From positions 38,068,001 through 38,132,000 of the forward strand of contig NC_135670.1 in assembly GCF_964188315.1 (NCBI RefSeq): a stretch of 64,000 nucleotides of DNA, in the 5' to 3' direction. Under the pieces are notes generated by a model, which worked only from the letters and a program-made list of their open reading frames with translations, was not told the origin of the DNA and did not search any database. Positions 1 through 12,922 of this stretch are shown here, piece by piece. The number at the start of each line of letters is the position of its first letter. Position 1 is the first letter of the stretch. This stretch comes from Podarcis muralis. Its lineage: Eukaryota. The translations under genes and the position numbers were made by a program.

Positions 1-91
1 TGACAACTGCCCAACAATGCTGACCCCTGGTGCTGGATCTGCACTGAACACAGCACATTAGCACACTGAATTATCAGTCCAGTTCTAACTA

Positions 92-388
92 CAGTGGTGC
101 CTCGCAAGACGAAATTAATCCGTTCCGCGAGTCTCTTCGTCTTGCGGTTTTTTCGTCTTGCGAAGCACGGCTATTAGCGGCTTAGCGGCTATTAACGGCT
201 ATTAATGGCTTAGCGGCTATTAACAGCTTAGCGGCTTAAAGAAAAAGGAAACAAACTCGCAAGACGTTTCGTCTTGCGGAGCAAGCCCATAGGGAAATTC
301 GTCTTGCGGAATGACTCAAAAAAGGGAAAACCCTTTCGTCTAGCGAGTTTTTCGTCTTGCGAGGCATTCGTCTTGCGGGGCACCACTG
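92..388 (+). mobile_element. Tc1/mariner-type MITE family A
   Basis: TIR CAGTGGTGCC(T/C)CGCAAGACGAA, TA on both flanks; internal GCTATTA/GCGGCTTA minisatellite. Confidence 0.85.
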
Positions 389-577
389 TACAACTGACAT
401 AGGACCACACACTTAATTGGAAGTTCTTCAGACTCACAGGAACATTTATTTAGTATCAACACTGAAGACTTCAATCTAGATTATAATGCATCCAAATTAG
501 TGTTGTTGTTGTTTTTAAAAAAGGACAGAAAATCAATGATCCTGACATAGGTTTCACATATAACAGGAAAGTCTTAC

Positions 578-1216
578 CTCTGAGCCTCCTAATGCCTGCT
601 TTCCCCACCAAATAGGGTTAGTGTCAACAACAATGACTAGGAGGTTCAGCTCATCATCTGGAAAAAATAATGAAATATCAGCCCCCAAAACTGTGAAAAC
701 ATTAGCTGACAGTTTCCCAGCTCTGTAGGAGGATTGAAATTTACAGTCTATGTCCAAATTGTTTGTTGCTGTCTCTTAATGATCTACAGAAGGTGCAAGG
801 AACCATTGGCCCTCCAGATGCTGTGGGACTACAACTCCCTTTATCATTATTGACCCTGTTGGCTGGGCTTGGTCAAAACTGGAGTTCAACAACATCTGGA
901 GGAACACAGCTTCCCCACCCCTAATCTACAGGGAGAAGAAAGGAGATTCCAACAAAACATCAGGAAGAACTTTCTGACGGTACAACAGTGTACAACAGTG
1001 GAACAGGCTCCCTCAGAAGGTGGTGGCCTCTCCTTCCTTGGAGGTTTTTAAGCAGAGAGTGGATGGATGCTTTAGCAGAGATTCCAAATCTACAGTTCTA
1101 TGATTCTATGAGTCTACATCCATCAACAGAGGTGCTATAACAGCAGGCCTGCTCAGTGTGGAGAGCTTCCAGTGTCTTTTTAAATAGATACAGCAGCAGA
1201 CCTTGGGAGTTACATT

Positions 1217-1267
<51 letters not shown>

Positions 1268-1746
1268 GAATACTGTAGTGTTGATGGGAACCAAGTGTAT
1301 GTAACCTTGAGCTCTATGATGAAAGACAGGTGGGATATAATTGTAAGAAAATCTTTGTAATAGCTCTTTGAGTTAAATACTATTATTCTCATTTTACAGA
1401 TAGGAAATGTAAGCATATGTGCAGGCAGTTGGCATCTGTCTGTCTCTGGAGGCAATGGAGGGGTGCCAAGCAAACAAAATTTACTAGTCCTAAAAGCCCA
1501 AGAAAGTTGCCAGAAAAGGAAGAGGTGCGGGGGGAGGGGAGAGTGAAAGTGGAGGAGAGAAAGCTGTAATCAATTATTTTGCTCCAGTTAGCACAAATGC
1601 TGTTGACATGCAAATGAAAGCTGATCTCTGTGTGTGTGGAGATACGTTTGTGCATTTCAATGGGTGTTTAGTAGCCTACGTTTACACCTGAATCCCAAGG
1701 AGGGGTGGAAATTGTGCTAAGCAGTGAGTGCTTAGATCCCATTTTA

Positions 1747-1791
<45 letters not shown>

Positions 1792-2713
1792 TTATTATTT
1801 ATACCCCGCCCATCTGGCTGAGTTTCCCCAGCCACTCTGGGCGGCTCCCAATCAGTGTTAAAAACAGTACAGCGTTACATATTAAAAACTTCCCTGAGCA
1901 GGGCTGCCTTAAGATGTCTTCTGAATGTCAGGTAATTATTTATCTCTTTGACATCTGCTAGGAGGGCGTTCCACAGGGCGGACGCCACTACCGAGAAGGC
2001 CCTCTGCCTGGTTCCCTGTAACTTGGCCTCTCGCAGTGAGGGAACCACCAGAAGGCCCTTGGCGCTGGACCTCAGTGTCCGGGCTGAACGATGGGGGTGG
2101 AGACGCTCCTTCAGGTATACTGGACCGAGGCCGTTTAGGGCTTTCAAGGTCAGCACCAACACTTTGAATTGTGCTCGGAAACGTACTGGGAGCCAATGCA
2201 GATCTCTCAGAACCGGTGTTATGTGGTCCTGGCGGCCACTCCCAGTCCCCAGTCTGGCTGCCGCATTCTGGATTAATTGCAGTTTCCGGGTCACCTTCAA
2301 AGGTAGCCCCACGTAGAGCGCGTTGCAGTAGTCCAAGCGTGAGATAACTAGAGCATGCACCACTCTGGCGAGACAGTCTGCGGGCAGGTAGGGTCTCAGC
2401 CTGCGTACCAGGTGGAGCTTTTTTAAAAAAGAGGGGGAGGAGTTCTGCACATATTTAAGGACCAGGAAAAACACTCAGCACATGCTCAGATGCAGCCACA
2501 CCACAGAACCAGAACTTAATACACACCGAGAGGAGGAACCTGACAGCCACGCGCGTGAGACTCCCTCCCTCCCTCCCTCCGGGCTAACTCAAGAGGAGCC
2601 CGCGGAAGGAGCCAGAATCGCCCCGCCGAGCCTTCCCCGCCCCGGTTTTGCCTGAAGTCCCGGGGCAGCAACGGGGAGGCGACACCAGGCGCCGCGGACT
2701 CACCTCCGCTCAT
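578..2713 (-). CDS. GTF2H3: General transcription factor IIH subunit 3 (p34), exons 1-2 only; gene continues off the left edge
   Basis: Exon1 CDS 2713..2704 (ATGAGCGGAG|gtgag), exon2 657..578 (80 nt, cag|...GAG|gtaag). Joined: [30 protein letters not shown], matching the vertebrate p34 N-terminus; phases consistent. Confidence 0.92.
805..930. mobile_element. Short hAT-like hairpin repeat (CCAGATG..GACTACAACTCCC..GGAGTT..AACATCTGG); representative of ~15 degenerate copies in the window
   Basis: Similar copies near 8870, 27400, 31650, 32970, 36650, 59720, 60980, 61470-61650, 61970, 63010, 63360, 63770. Confidence 0.6.
948..1109 (+). mobile_element. CR1 LINE 3' fragment
   Basis: NIRKNFLTV-type coding end and TTCTATGATTCTATG tail. 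Confidence 0.75.
1215..1267. repeat. (TTTC)n microsatellite
   Basis: About 13 perfect units. Confidence 0.95.
1748..2415 (-). mobile_element. L2 LINE 3' fragment with (ATT)n tail
   Basis: ORF 1875..2474(-) has L2 ORF2 C-terminus [14 protein letters not shown]...QNAAARL...[14 protein letters not shown]. Confidence 0.88.
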
Positions 2714-2990
2714 ATCGCCCCGCAGCAGGGACAGGCAGGCGGACTTCCGTCGCTCGAGAATGAGGTCACGCCAGCTTCTGGCGCGTCCTATCGACGTCAC
2801 TTTTCCCACTTTCCCGGAAGTAACTGCAGCATGGAAAGGTTTCCGGCGAGGCCAAGCGGCGCGGCGCCGAAGGTTCCGGCCAAGGGGCAGCGTGGATCGG
2901 GAGAGCAGCTGGGAAGGCTTGGGTGACATTTTCTCCTACCATGAACGAAGCAGGTAAGGCAGTGAGTGTTGCGCGCTGCAGCTGGTCAAT
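2540..2990. promoter_or_regulatory. CpG-island bidirectional promoter shared by GTF2H3 and EIF2B1
   Basis: CpG rich; divergent ATGs at 2713 (-) and 2941 (+); ETS/GABP-type sites ACTTCCG 2743..2749 and CCGGAAGT 2814..2821; CRE-like GACGTCAC 2793..2800. Confidence 0.8.
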
Positions 2991-5900
2991 TGTTATTATT
3001 AATAATAATAATATTAATATTGTTATTGTTATCATTGTTGTTTCGGTTTTCTAGAGTATGTCCCCAACTCTGTCATCAAAACAGCAACAAAAGGAGGAGG
3101 TTTCCATCAGTGGCCAAATAAATTTCTATTTTATATATGTGTGTGTTAGATGGAAACAGAATAATATTAAATGGTTTACTGTCAGAAATAAACGCATGTT
3201 GGTGTTAGCCACAACAACCGCGTGTGAGACTGGCCACTGTTGGCACTGTAATTACCTTGTTCGTGCTTTTATGCATTTCTTTTCCTTCTGACTCCGCTGT
3301 TATCATCATCATCAACCTTTTATTCGACCGTCAGTCAGAAAAAAGTACATTTGTCAATACACAGTTAAAACATCCAGGAAGATTTTAGAACTTAGCCAAC
3401 ACTAAAATGGGCTAAACAGATAGCCCCATATCAATACAGTCAATTATAGTCTTGCGACGCTTAAAAGCTAAAAAAAGAAATTTGGCCACCAAGGAAGGTA
3501 TAGCTCTAGTGACATTATTCAGCAAGTGTAAAACCTGGTTTTCTCCGGGTAGGAAGCTAAATTGACATAGGAGTGGGTCTATAAAATTTTGTCTAAGCTC
3601 TGCATAAGAAGGGCAAGTCAAGAGAATGTGTTCGGTGGACTCAACCACACCCATGGCACAATGACAGGTTCTCTGGGCATATGGTACTCCCCTGTACCTT
3701 CCCCACAATATCGCAGAGTCAAGGAGATTTAATCTAGCCGCTGTAAGAAGTCTGCGGTATTCCACATAGTGGATTTCTGCAAGGTAGGGGGCTGGTATGG
3801 TCCGATAAATCTGGTCCCCTAGGAACATCGACTCCGCTGTTATCAGTTCCACAAACACACACCTGCATCTCGGGACAGCATCTGTTGAAGAGTATATAGA
3901 CCACAAGAGTTCGCAAAAGCTGTAATAAATGTGTTAACCTTTATGGTGTCACAAGGCTCCCACCTCATAAATGTTATGATTCTGTAGTAAATGCAGCTTC
4001 CGGATCAAGCCCGAGGGAAGCCCCATACTGTCTTTGAACCAGATCAGAATGCTGGTCTTGCTCTCTGATCCTTTTGACTGGAGATTCTGGGGATTGAATC
4101 TGGAAGCTTTTTCGTAAGATGCAGGGGTTCTGCTGCATAGCTACCTTCTTGTAAAATGTTGTGTCGATTATGATAATTATTGGATCTCTTAATAAAAGCA
4201 ACTGTGACTGTTTGTGGAGATTCCAAAGCTGACCATTTAAACTACCATTGCAATGAATTTGTAATAACTGAAAGCACAGCTAGTTTGTGAAGTGTAAAAG
4301 CAGAACCTCAATGACTCCCCCCTTTTTCCATCCTGCCCCATATCTTCTTTTCAGAGCTGGTTGAAGCTTTTAAAACCAAGATTACGCAGGAGCCAGATGT
4401 TGCCTCTGCTGTGGCAGCCATCAATGTCTTGTTGGAGTTCTTGAAGAGGGACAAAGGCACGTAAGGCAATCCGATTGGGTGGGCTGAGCTGTGGAGCTAC
4501 CAGTTTGCACCTGGTTTTCTGGGAACTTTTGATTTATAGTAAAACTTGCTGCCACCTTGCTGAGTTCAAGGTGCTGGTCTTGGTGTATAAAGCCTTATAC
4601 AGCTTGTGACCAGGATACCGGAATACCCCTTATATACCCAGTCAGCCATTGTGTTCTGCTGGTGAGAGCCTCTTGCAGATGCTATCTCATCAGAAGGCTT
4701 GTTCTGCACAATGTAGGAATCAGGTCTTTTATTATTGTGGTCCCTTCCCTTTGAAATTCCCTCCCTTGAATATTAGACAGGTGGCCTGCTTTCAGACAGG
4801 AATAATCAAATTACTTTAATAGTGGCTGAATTTTTGAGTGCTATCCATGTAGAAAGACTGGGCCATTATAAAGAGATTTAGTGGTCTTAATTGATCGGTG
4901 ATGTGGTAGTGTTGTATTGTATTATTTCTGCAAATTGATTTCCTCTGGAGTTAAAAATCTGACTGGAACAAACCTTGTTATGCTGAGCTCGTATTTTGCA
5001 CAATTTGTATATGGTGTCTGATAATGTGTGGTTTGCTATGCCTAATAAAAGATATTTGATATAGGATATTAGATAGGTGCTGTCTCTGTTCAGTACCTAC
5101 TGAAGACGTCCTCTTCCAACAAGTTTTTTCATTGGAGTTCTTGTTCCAGTGTGCATCTGTATTGGAATTGTTTTTAATATGCTTTAAATATGTCTTTCAT
5201 TCTTTATCACTTGTTATTTCCTGCCCTGGGAGGAAGGGCAGGATATAAACTTAATAAATAAGTAGATCCTGTAAGCAATAAGTCTGCGCACCCCTGGACA
5301 ATGCTGTCATCGGGCCTTTAGTAGCTTACTCTCTCCCTCTTTCTGTCAAGGTGAGACAATTCAAGGGTTGAGAGCAAACCTCAAACATGCAATAGAAATT
5401 CTCTCTGGTGTTGACTCTTCAGTTGCTGTCTCTTCTGGGGGAGAGCTCTTCTTAAGATTCATCAGCCTCACGTCTTTGGAGAATCCAGTAAGTTTCACTT
5501 AGATTTTCATAAAGGGTGGCAAGTGTTTGACAGTAGTTTTCTTTACACCGTTGCTGGTTTTTAGATGAAGGCAATACAGAGCAGGACCACAAGAGCTGCA
5601 ATGAAACACGTTTACCTTGAGTTCTCAGGGACTGCCTCCCCCCATATGAACTGACCCAGACCCTGCAATCATCATCTGAGGCCCTTATTTCTGTGCCACC
5701 TCCACGAGAGGTCCAGAGGGCAGCAACACAAGAACAGGCCTTTTCTGTGGTGACTCCACGTTTGTGGAATGCACTCCCTAGGGAGGCTCGCTTGGCACCT
5801 TGGTTACATATCTTTAGGAGCCAGGTGAAAACTTTCCTCTTTCCCAGGCCTTTGGCTAATTGATCAATGTTTGGCCTTATAAACTGTGGCGGGTATTGTT

Positions 5901-8900
5901 TTTGTTTGTTCCTGTGTTACGTATTTTTGTGTTTTTACATTGTAAACTGCCCTGTGATCCTTGGATGAAAGGCAGTATAGAAATTAAATAAATACATAGT
6001 TACTTCCTTACTATAATCTGGAACCAGTTTTAAATAGCAGGGACCAGTGCTGGAACAAATTATGTGCTGGTAACAGTGAAAGAGGACTCTGCAGCATTTG
6101 CAAAGTTTGTATATCACTCTGTGCACCTCAGAAGACTCAGAGGATGTCTTTAGCACTTTTTCTGTCTCTCTCTTTAAAAAAAAAAAAAAAAAGCTAAGCC
6201 AGTCTTGTAAATAAGGCTATAGAAGTTACTAGCCTGCACCAAACAAAAAAGCAGCAGAGAGCTGACAGGAAGAGAATAAATAAATCAAGTTAATAATAAA
6301 TTTCTGTGCTGGTTGTAGAGGGATGATGGGCTCCTTCCTTCTTCTGCTAGCTGGCTCAGTAGCTTAAAGGTAAAGGTACCCCTGCCCGTACGGGCCAGTC
6401 GTGTCCGACTCTAGGGTTGTGCGCTCATCTCGCTTAAGAGGCCGGGGGCCAACGCTGTCCGAAGACACTTCCGGGTCACGTGGCCAGCGTGACGAAGCTG
6501 CTCTGGCGAGCCAGCACCAGCGCAGCACACGGAAACGCCGTTTACCTTCCCGCTATAAAGTGGTACCTATTTATCTACTTGCACTTAGGGGTGCTTTCAA
6601 ACTGCTAGGTGGGCAGGAGCTGGGACCGAATGACGGGAGCTCACCCCGCCGCGAGGATTCGAACCGCTGACCATGCGATCAGCAAGCCCTAGGCGCTGAG
6701 GTTTTACCCACAGCGCCACCAGCGTCCCAGTCGGCTCAGTAGCTTGCATGCATGCAATTCCTTATCACCCATGGCTACCAAGCAGTTGCTTGTAAACAAA
6801 GTTGTGCTAAGCATGATACCCAGGGCATACTCTAGTTTATTTCACTAGTTATTTTTTCTTTCTTTTTCCAACTGATATAACTATAGAAACAGTACAAATT
6901 ACATAATGCATATCTAGACATGTTAAACATTTCACTTTGAAATTATACAGAATAAGAAGCTATATTGTTGTGCTATCATACATATAACAGTAAAGTGCTA
7001 ATATGGATTATTTTTTACTGTTATGTATCTCTCAAAAATTAATCAAAGGACTCCACTGGATTATGACAGGAAGATACTCTAATTCTGTTTCTTGTGCTGC
7101 TTTTTCCAGGACTATTCCAAATGCAAAGATATCATGATTCAGCGAGGGAAGCTTTTCCTCGCTCGAACCTCCAATTCAAGGAGCAAAATTGCCGAACTTT
7201 GCCACACGTTTGTCAAAGATGGTGGGGTAAGAGAGCTTGGGTCATATTGGGGCAAAGAAGTAGAGTGAAATGTCTTGTGCGTATCCCACAGATGCTCCAT
7301 GTGTGTGCAGAAACTGATGCTGGGCAGAAAACATTGTATCCTATGAATCTCTGAGCTAAGCCAGGCATGGAATCATAGCATGGAAAAGACCTTGGAGGTC
7401 CTCCAGCCTTGCCTCCCACTCAGGGAAGCATCTGCAATGCAGGATGCAACTTTGCTATATACCGTATTTTTCGCTCTATAAGACGCACCAGACCATAAGT
7501 TTTTGGAGGAGGAAAACAAGAAAGAAAATATTCTGAATCCCAGAAGCCAGAACAGCAAGAGGGATCGCTGCGCAGTGAAAGCAGCAATCCCTCTCGCTGT
7601 TCTGGTTTCTGGGATAGCTGCGCAGCCTGCATTCGCTCCTTAAGACGCACACACGTTTCCCCTTACTTTTTAGGAGGGAAAAAGTGAGTCTTATAGAGCA
7701 AAAAATACGGTAACTAGCCAGACTAACTAACCATCCAGCCTCTGCTTTGAAACCTCCAACGAAGGAGAGAGTCCACCACCTCCTGAGGTTGTCTGTTCCG
7801 CCGTCAAACAGCTCTTAATGTCAGAAAGTTCTTGCATTGCAGGGGGTTGGACTAGATGATCTTTGGGGTCCCTTCCCACTCTACGATAATATGATTCTGT
7901 GACAGTGACTATTCACAGGGTTGGCGCCAGAGGCTGGGCATTTGCCAGGGCCCCAAGGCCAGAAGAGGGTCCACTGCCCTAGCATAAGCTGTTTTGTCAC
8001 AGAGCCCATTCCCAAGTTTTGCATCCATGGCTGATGGCCGTCTGTCCTGGATGCTTTAGTTGAGATTCCTGCGTTGCAGGGGTTTGGACTAGAAGGGACT
8101 AGAAGGTTGGAAGGGACCCTCAGGGTCCCTTCCAACCTCATGGATGTTAATATAGCCTGGACAGTGGATTTCCATGGCACGCAATAAACTGAAGAATCCT
8201 GTGCCTCCTTCTCCGCAGAGAATCTTAACTCACGCTTACTCCAAAGTGGTCCTGCGAGTGTTAGAAGCCGCCGTGGAAGCAAAGAAACGTTTCAGTGTCT
8301 ACATCACTGAATCACAGCCTGATCAAGCAGGGCAAGTAGATGGGACTTCTCTTTTCTTTATGTTAGGCGTACGAGGCTCTGTGCAAACAGAGGAAGCCGT
8401 TTGCTATCTGTCTTTATCTGAAAAGGTTTACCCCCCTGCGAATTTAGGGGGCAGTCTTCTGCACACTGAGCTTGGAAGTAAGTCCCATTGAACAGGGTGG
8501 GACATATTTCTGAACAAGCACACAGCAGATCAGTCTGCAAATTCAGCAGCTGGTAAATCACTTTGATTTAAGAGCGGCCCAAGAATCAATAGGTTTTGGT
8601 GAATGGATTTGCCAACCTTTTTTAGGTTGGGCTTTTGCCACATGCCCCATGTTTTAGATCCCCCTTTCCTCCCAGGAAATCAGAATAGTATACAAGGTTT
8701 TATTTCCTCCACTCCCCAGAATTTTCTGCCCACATCCGCCATGGGAGGTAAGGTAGGCTGAGAGATGGTGATTGGGTCATAGACCTCACAGTGAGCCACA
8801 TGGTAAGTGGAGATCTGAACCTGGGCCTCTGTGATTACAGTCCAACACTCTACCGTAGTCTTCCCCAACATGGTGCCCTCCAGGTGTTGGACTAAATTCC

Positions 8901-11900
8901 AATCTTTCCTAGCAATTGGAGGCTGATGGAAGTTGGAGTCCTACAACATCTAGGAGAACCACCTTGGGAAAGCCTGCTCTAACCACTACACAGCACTGCC
9001 TCTCTTCCACTTACTGTTCTGCATGAACCAGAGGATTGGGGGGTGGGGAAGAGCAACCTTGCTTCGTGCCAGGCTACAGTGAAGGGAAGAACTAGTGGGA
9101 AAGCAGCCAGAGGGCTTGAGGGAGGAGTCTGTTTCACTTTGTGGAAAGGTTTCTCTGCAAATCTCAAAAGACTTTTGGAAGGAGATGTCACCATTGGTGA
9201 CCAGGGGAATAAATCTGTGGAGCTCCATAGTTTTCTTAATCTCCAGCGGCACAATGTGAAGCATGTCACTTAGAAATAAATCCCCCTGAGTTCATTGGGA
9301 CCTGCTCTCTGTTAAATTTGTTTAGACCTGATTTCTTGAAACAACATCCTCAGTGCAAAAGGAGGGGTAGGAGTTGCTGATGATGAGAAGAAAAAACAAT
9401 TCTATACCAGGAGCTAATTTGATTTTTTATATATATATATATATATATATGCTTTCGTAGATTTTCACGGGTACAGGAATGCAGGTTTTGGTGTCCTCGG
9501 GTGTCTTCCCGTGTAAAAGTTGGGGTGTCTAGGCGACGTTTCGACGAGGTCTCACTCGTCATCTTCAGGCTGGTGCTTTCGGCTTCTTGTTACTGGAACA
9601 GAGCAGGATCTCAGTGTTTGAGTTCCTATAAATACTGTTGAGGAGGTGTGGCCTCTAATGTTCTTGGGCAGAGAGGAAGTTCCCAGGCTAGTGTGCCTTT
9701 TCTTCTTTTGTTTCTTAATTACTTGAGGGATATCTTGAGTGATTTCTTGAGTTGTATCCTGAGTACCACTTAGGTGGGTCATTAGGTGTGGATTAGTTGC
9801 TAAAGCCTTTGTGTCTTGACCTCTTGAACTTTGTGAAGAGTTTTTCTGGGAAGATGGTTGTACTGCATTTTGTTGTGCTCTGGCTTGGCTTCGTGTATAG
9901 GGGCGAGCTGTGGTTTTGTGGTCTGTGCCAGCCAGATCTGTGTAGGGATTGCAGGGGGGTGCAGCATCCGGAGGTGCCACCATGGTTTGGCTACTGGATG
10001 GTATCTGTAATTCATCTGTGGAGAGGGTCTGGGTTTGGGTCTGGTGTGGTTGATTGGGGATGGCGTTCTGTGTGCCTCTGGCTCTGGTGTCAGTTTTTGT
10101 GGGGAGGGCTAATTTCCAGATGTCTGGCAAGCGGGATGTGTCGTCACGCTTGTTCATGTTGTGAGGGTGTTTCTCTATCTCGATGGCTTCCATGATTATT
10201 CTCTTGTGGTGATGTTCCATGTTAACGAGCAATTTGGAATCTGCAAAATTAATTTCGTGTCCTGTTTCTTTCATGTGTTGGAAAAGAGAGGAAGTTTTTT
10301 CTTCTTTTTTGACGGCATTCTTGTGTTCTGCGATACGTGCATTTATTCGTCTGTTAGTTTGTCCAATGTACGTGGCTGGGCAGACTTTGCAGGGTATTTC
10401 ATAGACCCCTTGGTTTTCCAACTGGATTTTATCCTTGGGGTTTCTGAGGATATTGGCTATTTTTTGGTTGGTGCAAAAGGCTGTTTTGATATTGTGTTTA
10501 TGGAGGATTTTGCTAATTTTATCTGTAGTGCCCTTGATATAAGGAAGGAGGGCCATGCCATTGTTTTCTTCTGTGTCTTGGTTTTTGGGGGGTGTTTCTT
10601 TTTGGATTAGCTTCGTAACCCTGTTTTGCTGGTATCCATTGGCAATTAACACATTTGAGAGATTCTGTAACTCAGTTGTCAAGTGGTTTTGGTCAGCCAG
10701 GCGTTTGGTTCTGGAGATGAGAGTCTTGGCTACGGAGTTTATTTGTGCAGGGTGGTGGTGTGATTGTGCATGTAAGTAGCGGTTGGTGTGTGTTTTTTTC
10801 CGGTAGATAGTGTGTCCTAGGGAGCCATCAGGTTTTTTGTAGATTAGGACGTCAAGGAAGGGAAGTTGGTTGTTGGCTTCTATTTCCATAGTGAATTGTA
10901 TTTTGGGGTGTAGGCTGTTGAGATGTGTGAGGAAGCTATCCAGTTTTTCCTTCCCGTGTGGCCAAATTACAAAGGTGTCGTCAACATATCTGAGCCAAAG
11001 TTTGGGTTTGTGTTCTGACTTGTCTAAGGCATTGGTTTCAAAGTGTTCCATGTACAGGTTTGCGATGACCGGTGAGAGGGGTGATCCCATAGGTGCTCCT
11101 TCTATCTGTTTGTATCTTTGTCCATTGTGGATGAAGTACGTGTTGGTTAGGCAGTGCTTGGTCAGGTCCAAGATGTATTCGGGGGGATTGTATTTGTTTT
11201 GAATGGCTATCAAGGCTTCATTAATGGGCACTTGTGTGAAGAGAGATACAACATCGAAGCTCACAAGTAGGTCATTGGGATGTAGGTTTTGCTTCTTTAT
11301 TGTTTCTATGAACTGGAAGGAGTTTGGAACGTGTGAAGAGATGGATTCTGCATAGGGCTGAAGTTGCTTGGCGAGAAATTTAGCGAGATTTTGTAGAGGT
11401 GAGCCTATGGAGCTGACTATTGGTCTGAGTGGTGTTCCTTCTTTGTGTATCTTGGGGAGGCCGTAGAGTTTGGGGCATCTGGATGATTTTTCTCTGGGGA
11501 TGATTCTTAGCTGGATTTCTTCACTGATAGGAGAGGCTTTTATTTTGGATTTGGTGGTTTTTTCCAGATAGGTGGTGGGATCTGTTTTTATAGGTTGGTA
11601 GGTAGGGTCTTGGAGTAGATTTGATAGTTTTGCTTGGTAGTCCGATGTGTTCATCACAACAGTGGCATTACCTTTGTCTGCTGGGAGAATGGTTATGTTG
11701 TTGTCTTTCCTCAGGTCGGTGAGTGCTTTCTGTTCTTCTTTGTGTAAATTGCTTCTGGGTGGTTTGCTGGAGCAGAGGATGTTGGTGACTTCAAGTCTGA
11801 TTTTATTGGCTTCATCTGGGTTGATTTTGGTTAGGCTAGCTTCGACTCCGCATATGATGTTTTCCGTGGGGATGCGTCTCGGGGCGACTGCAAAGTTGAA

Positions 11901-12922
11901 ACCTTTGGAGAGTACTTTGGTTTCAGTTGAGGTGAGGATCCTGTCTGATATGTTATGTACTGTTTGCTTCATGGGTTGTTGTGGAGGGTGGCTGGGTTTC
12001 TGGCGTTTTTCTAGTTTGTGGAGTTTGTTGGTGTGTGTGTCTGTCTTACGTGAGGTCTCCGTTTCAGCTCTCCAGACGGCTAGTTGTTTGCATTTGTCCC
12101 AGAGTGCAGGGTGGATTTTGTTACAGAGTTTGAGGTGAAGAGTGAGCAGATCTTTGTTGGTTTGGTTTAGTAGGTATCTTTTCCTGTGTAGTTCGTTTCT
12201 GATTAGGGATAGTTCAGTTCGTTTCAGGATCCTTTCGGTAGCTGGGGTTTTAGAGTGGAATTTAAGTTGGAAGCATGTGGGAATTAAGTTGTTGTCTCGG
12301 CAGTTGCGTAGGAACAAGAGATCACATAAGATGGTGGCTCTTCGGATTTCTAGTTTCTCGTAGGTTCTTGTCAGCTGGAAGGTTTCCTCCCCGTAGAGGT
12401 GAGATATTTGCTTTCGTAGATTTTCACGGGTACAGGAATGCAGGTTTTGGTGTCCTCGGGTGTCTTCCCGTGTAAAAGTTGGGGTGTCTAGGCGACGTTT
12501 CGACGAGGTCTCACTCGTCATCTTCAGGCTGGTGCTTTCGGCTTCTTGTTACTGGAACAGAGCAGGATCTCAGTGTTTGAGTTCCTATAAATACTGTTGA
12601 GGAGGTGTGGCCTCTAATGTTCTTGGGCAGAGAGGAAGTTCCCAGGCTAGTGTGCCTTTTCTTCTTTTGTTTCTTAATTACTTGAGGGATATCTTGAGTG
12701 ATTTCTTGAGTTGTATCCTGAGTACCACTTAGGTGGGTCATTAGGTGTGGATTAGTTGCTAAAGCCTTTGTGTCTTGACCTCTTGAACTTTGTGAAGAGT
12801 TTTTCTGGGAAGATGGTTGTACTGCATTTTGTTGTGCTCTGGCTTGGCTTCGTGTATAGGGGCGAGCTGTGGCCTAGACACCCCAACTTTTACACGGGAA
12901 GACACCCGAGGACACCAAAACC

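Noticed and set aside
9797-12475. Several plus-strand ORFs inside the Penelope element
   Set aside because: Antisense shadows of the RT ORF; low complexity.
9450-12872. LTR retrotransposon, or assembly duplication, suggested by 464-bp direct repeats
   Set aside because: No TG..CA ends, PBS, gag or integrase. GIY-YIG RT, partial tandem and inverted tail are the standard Penelope layout.
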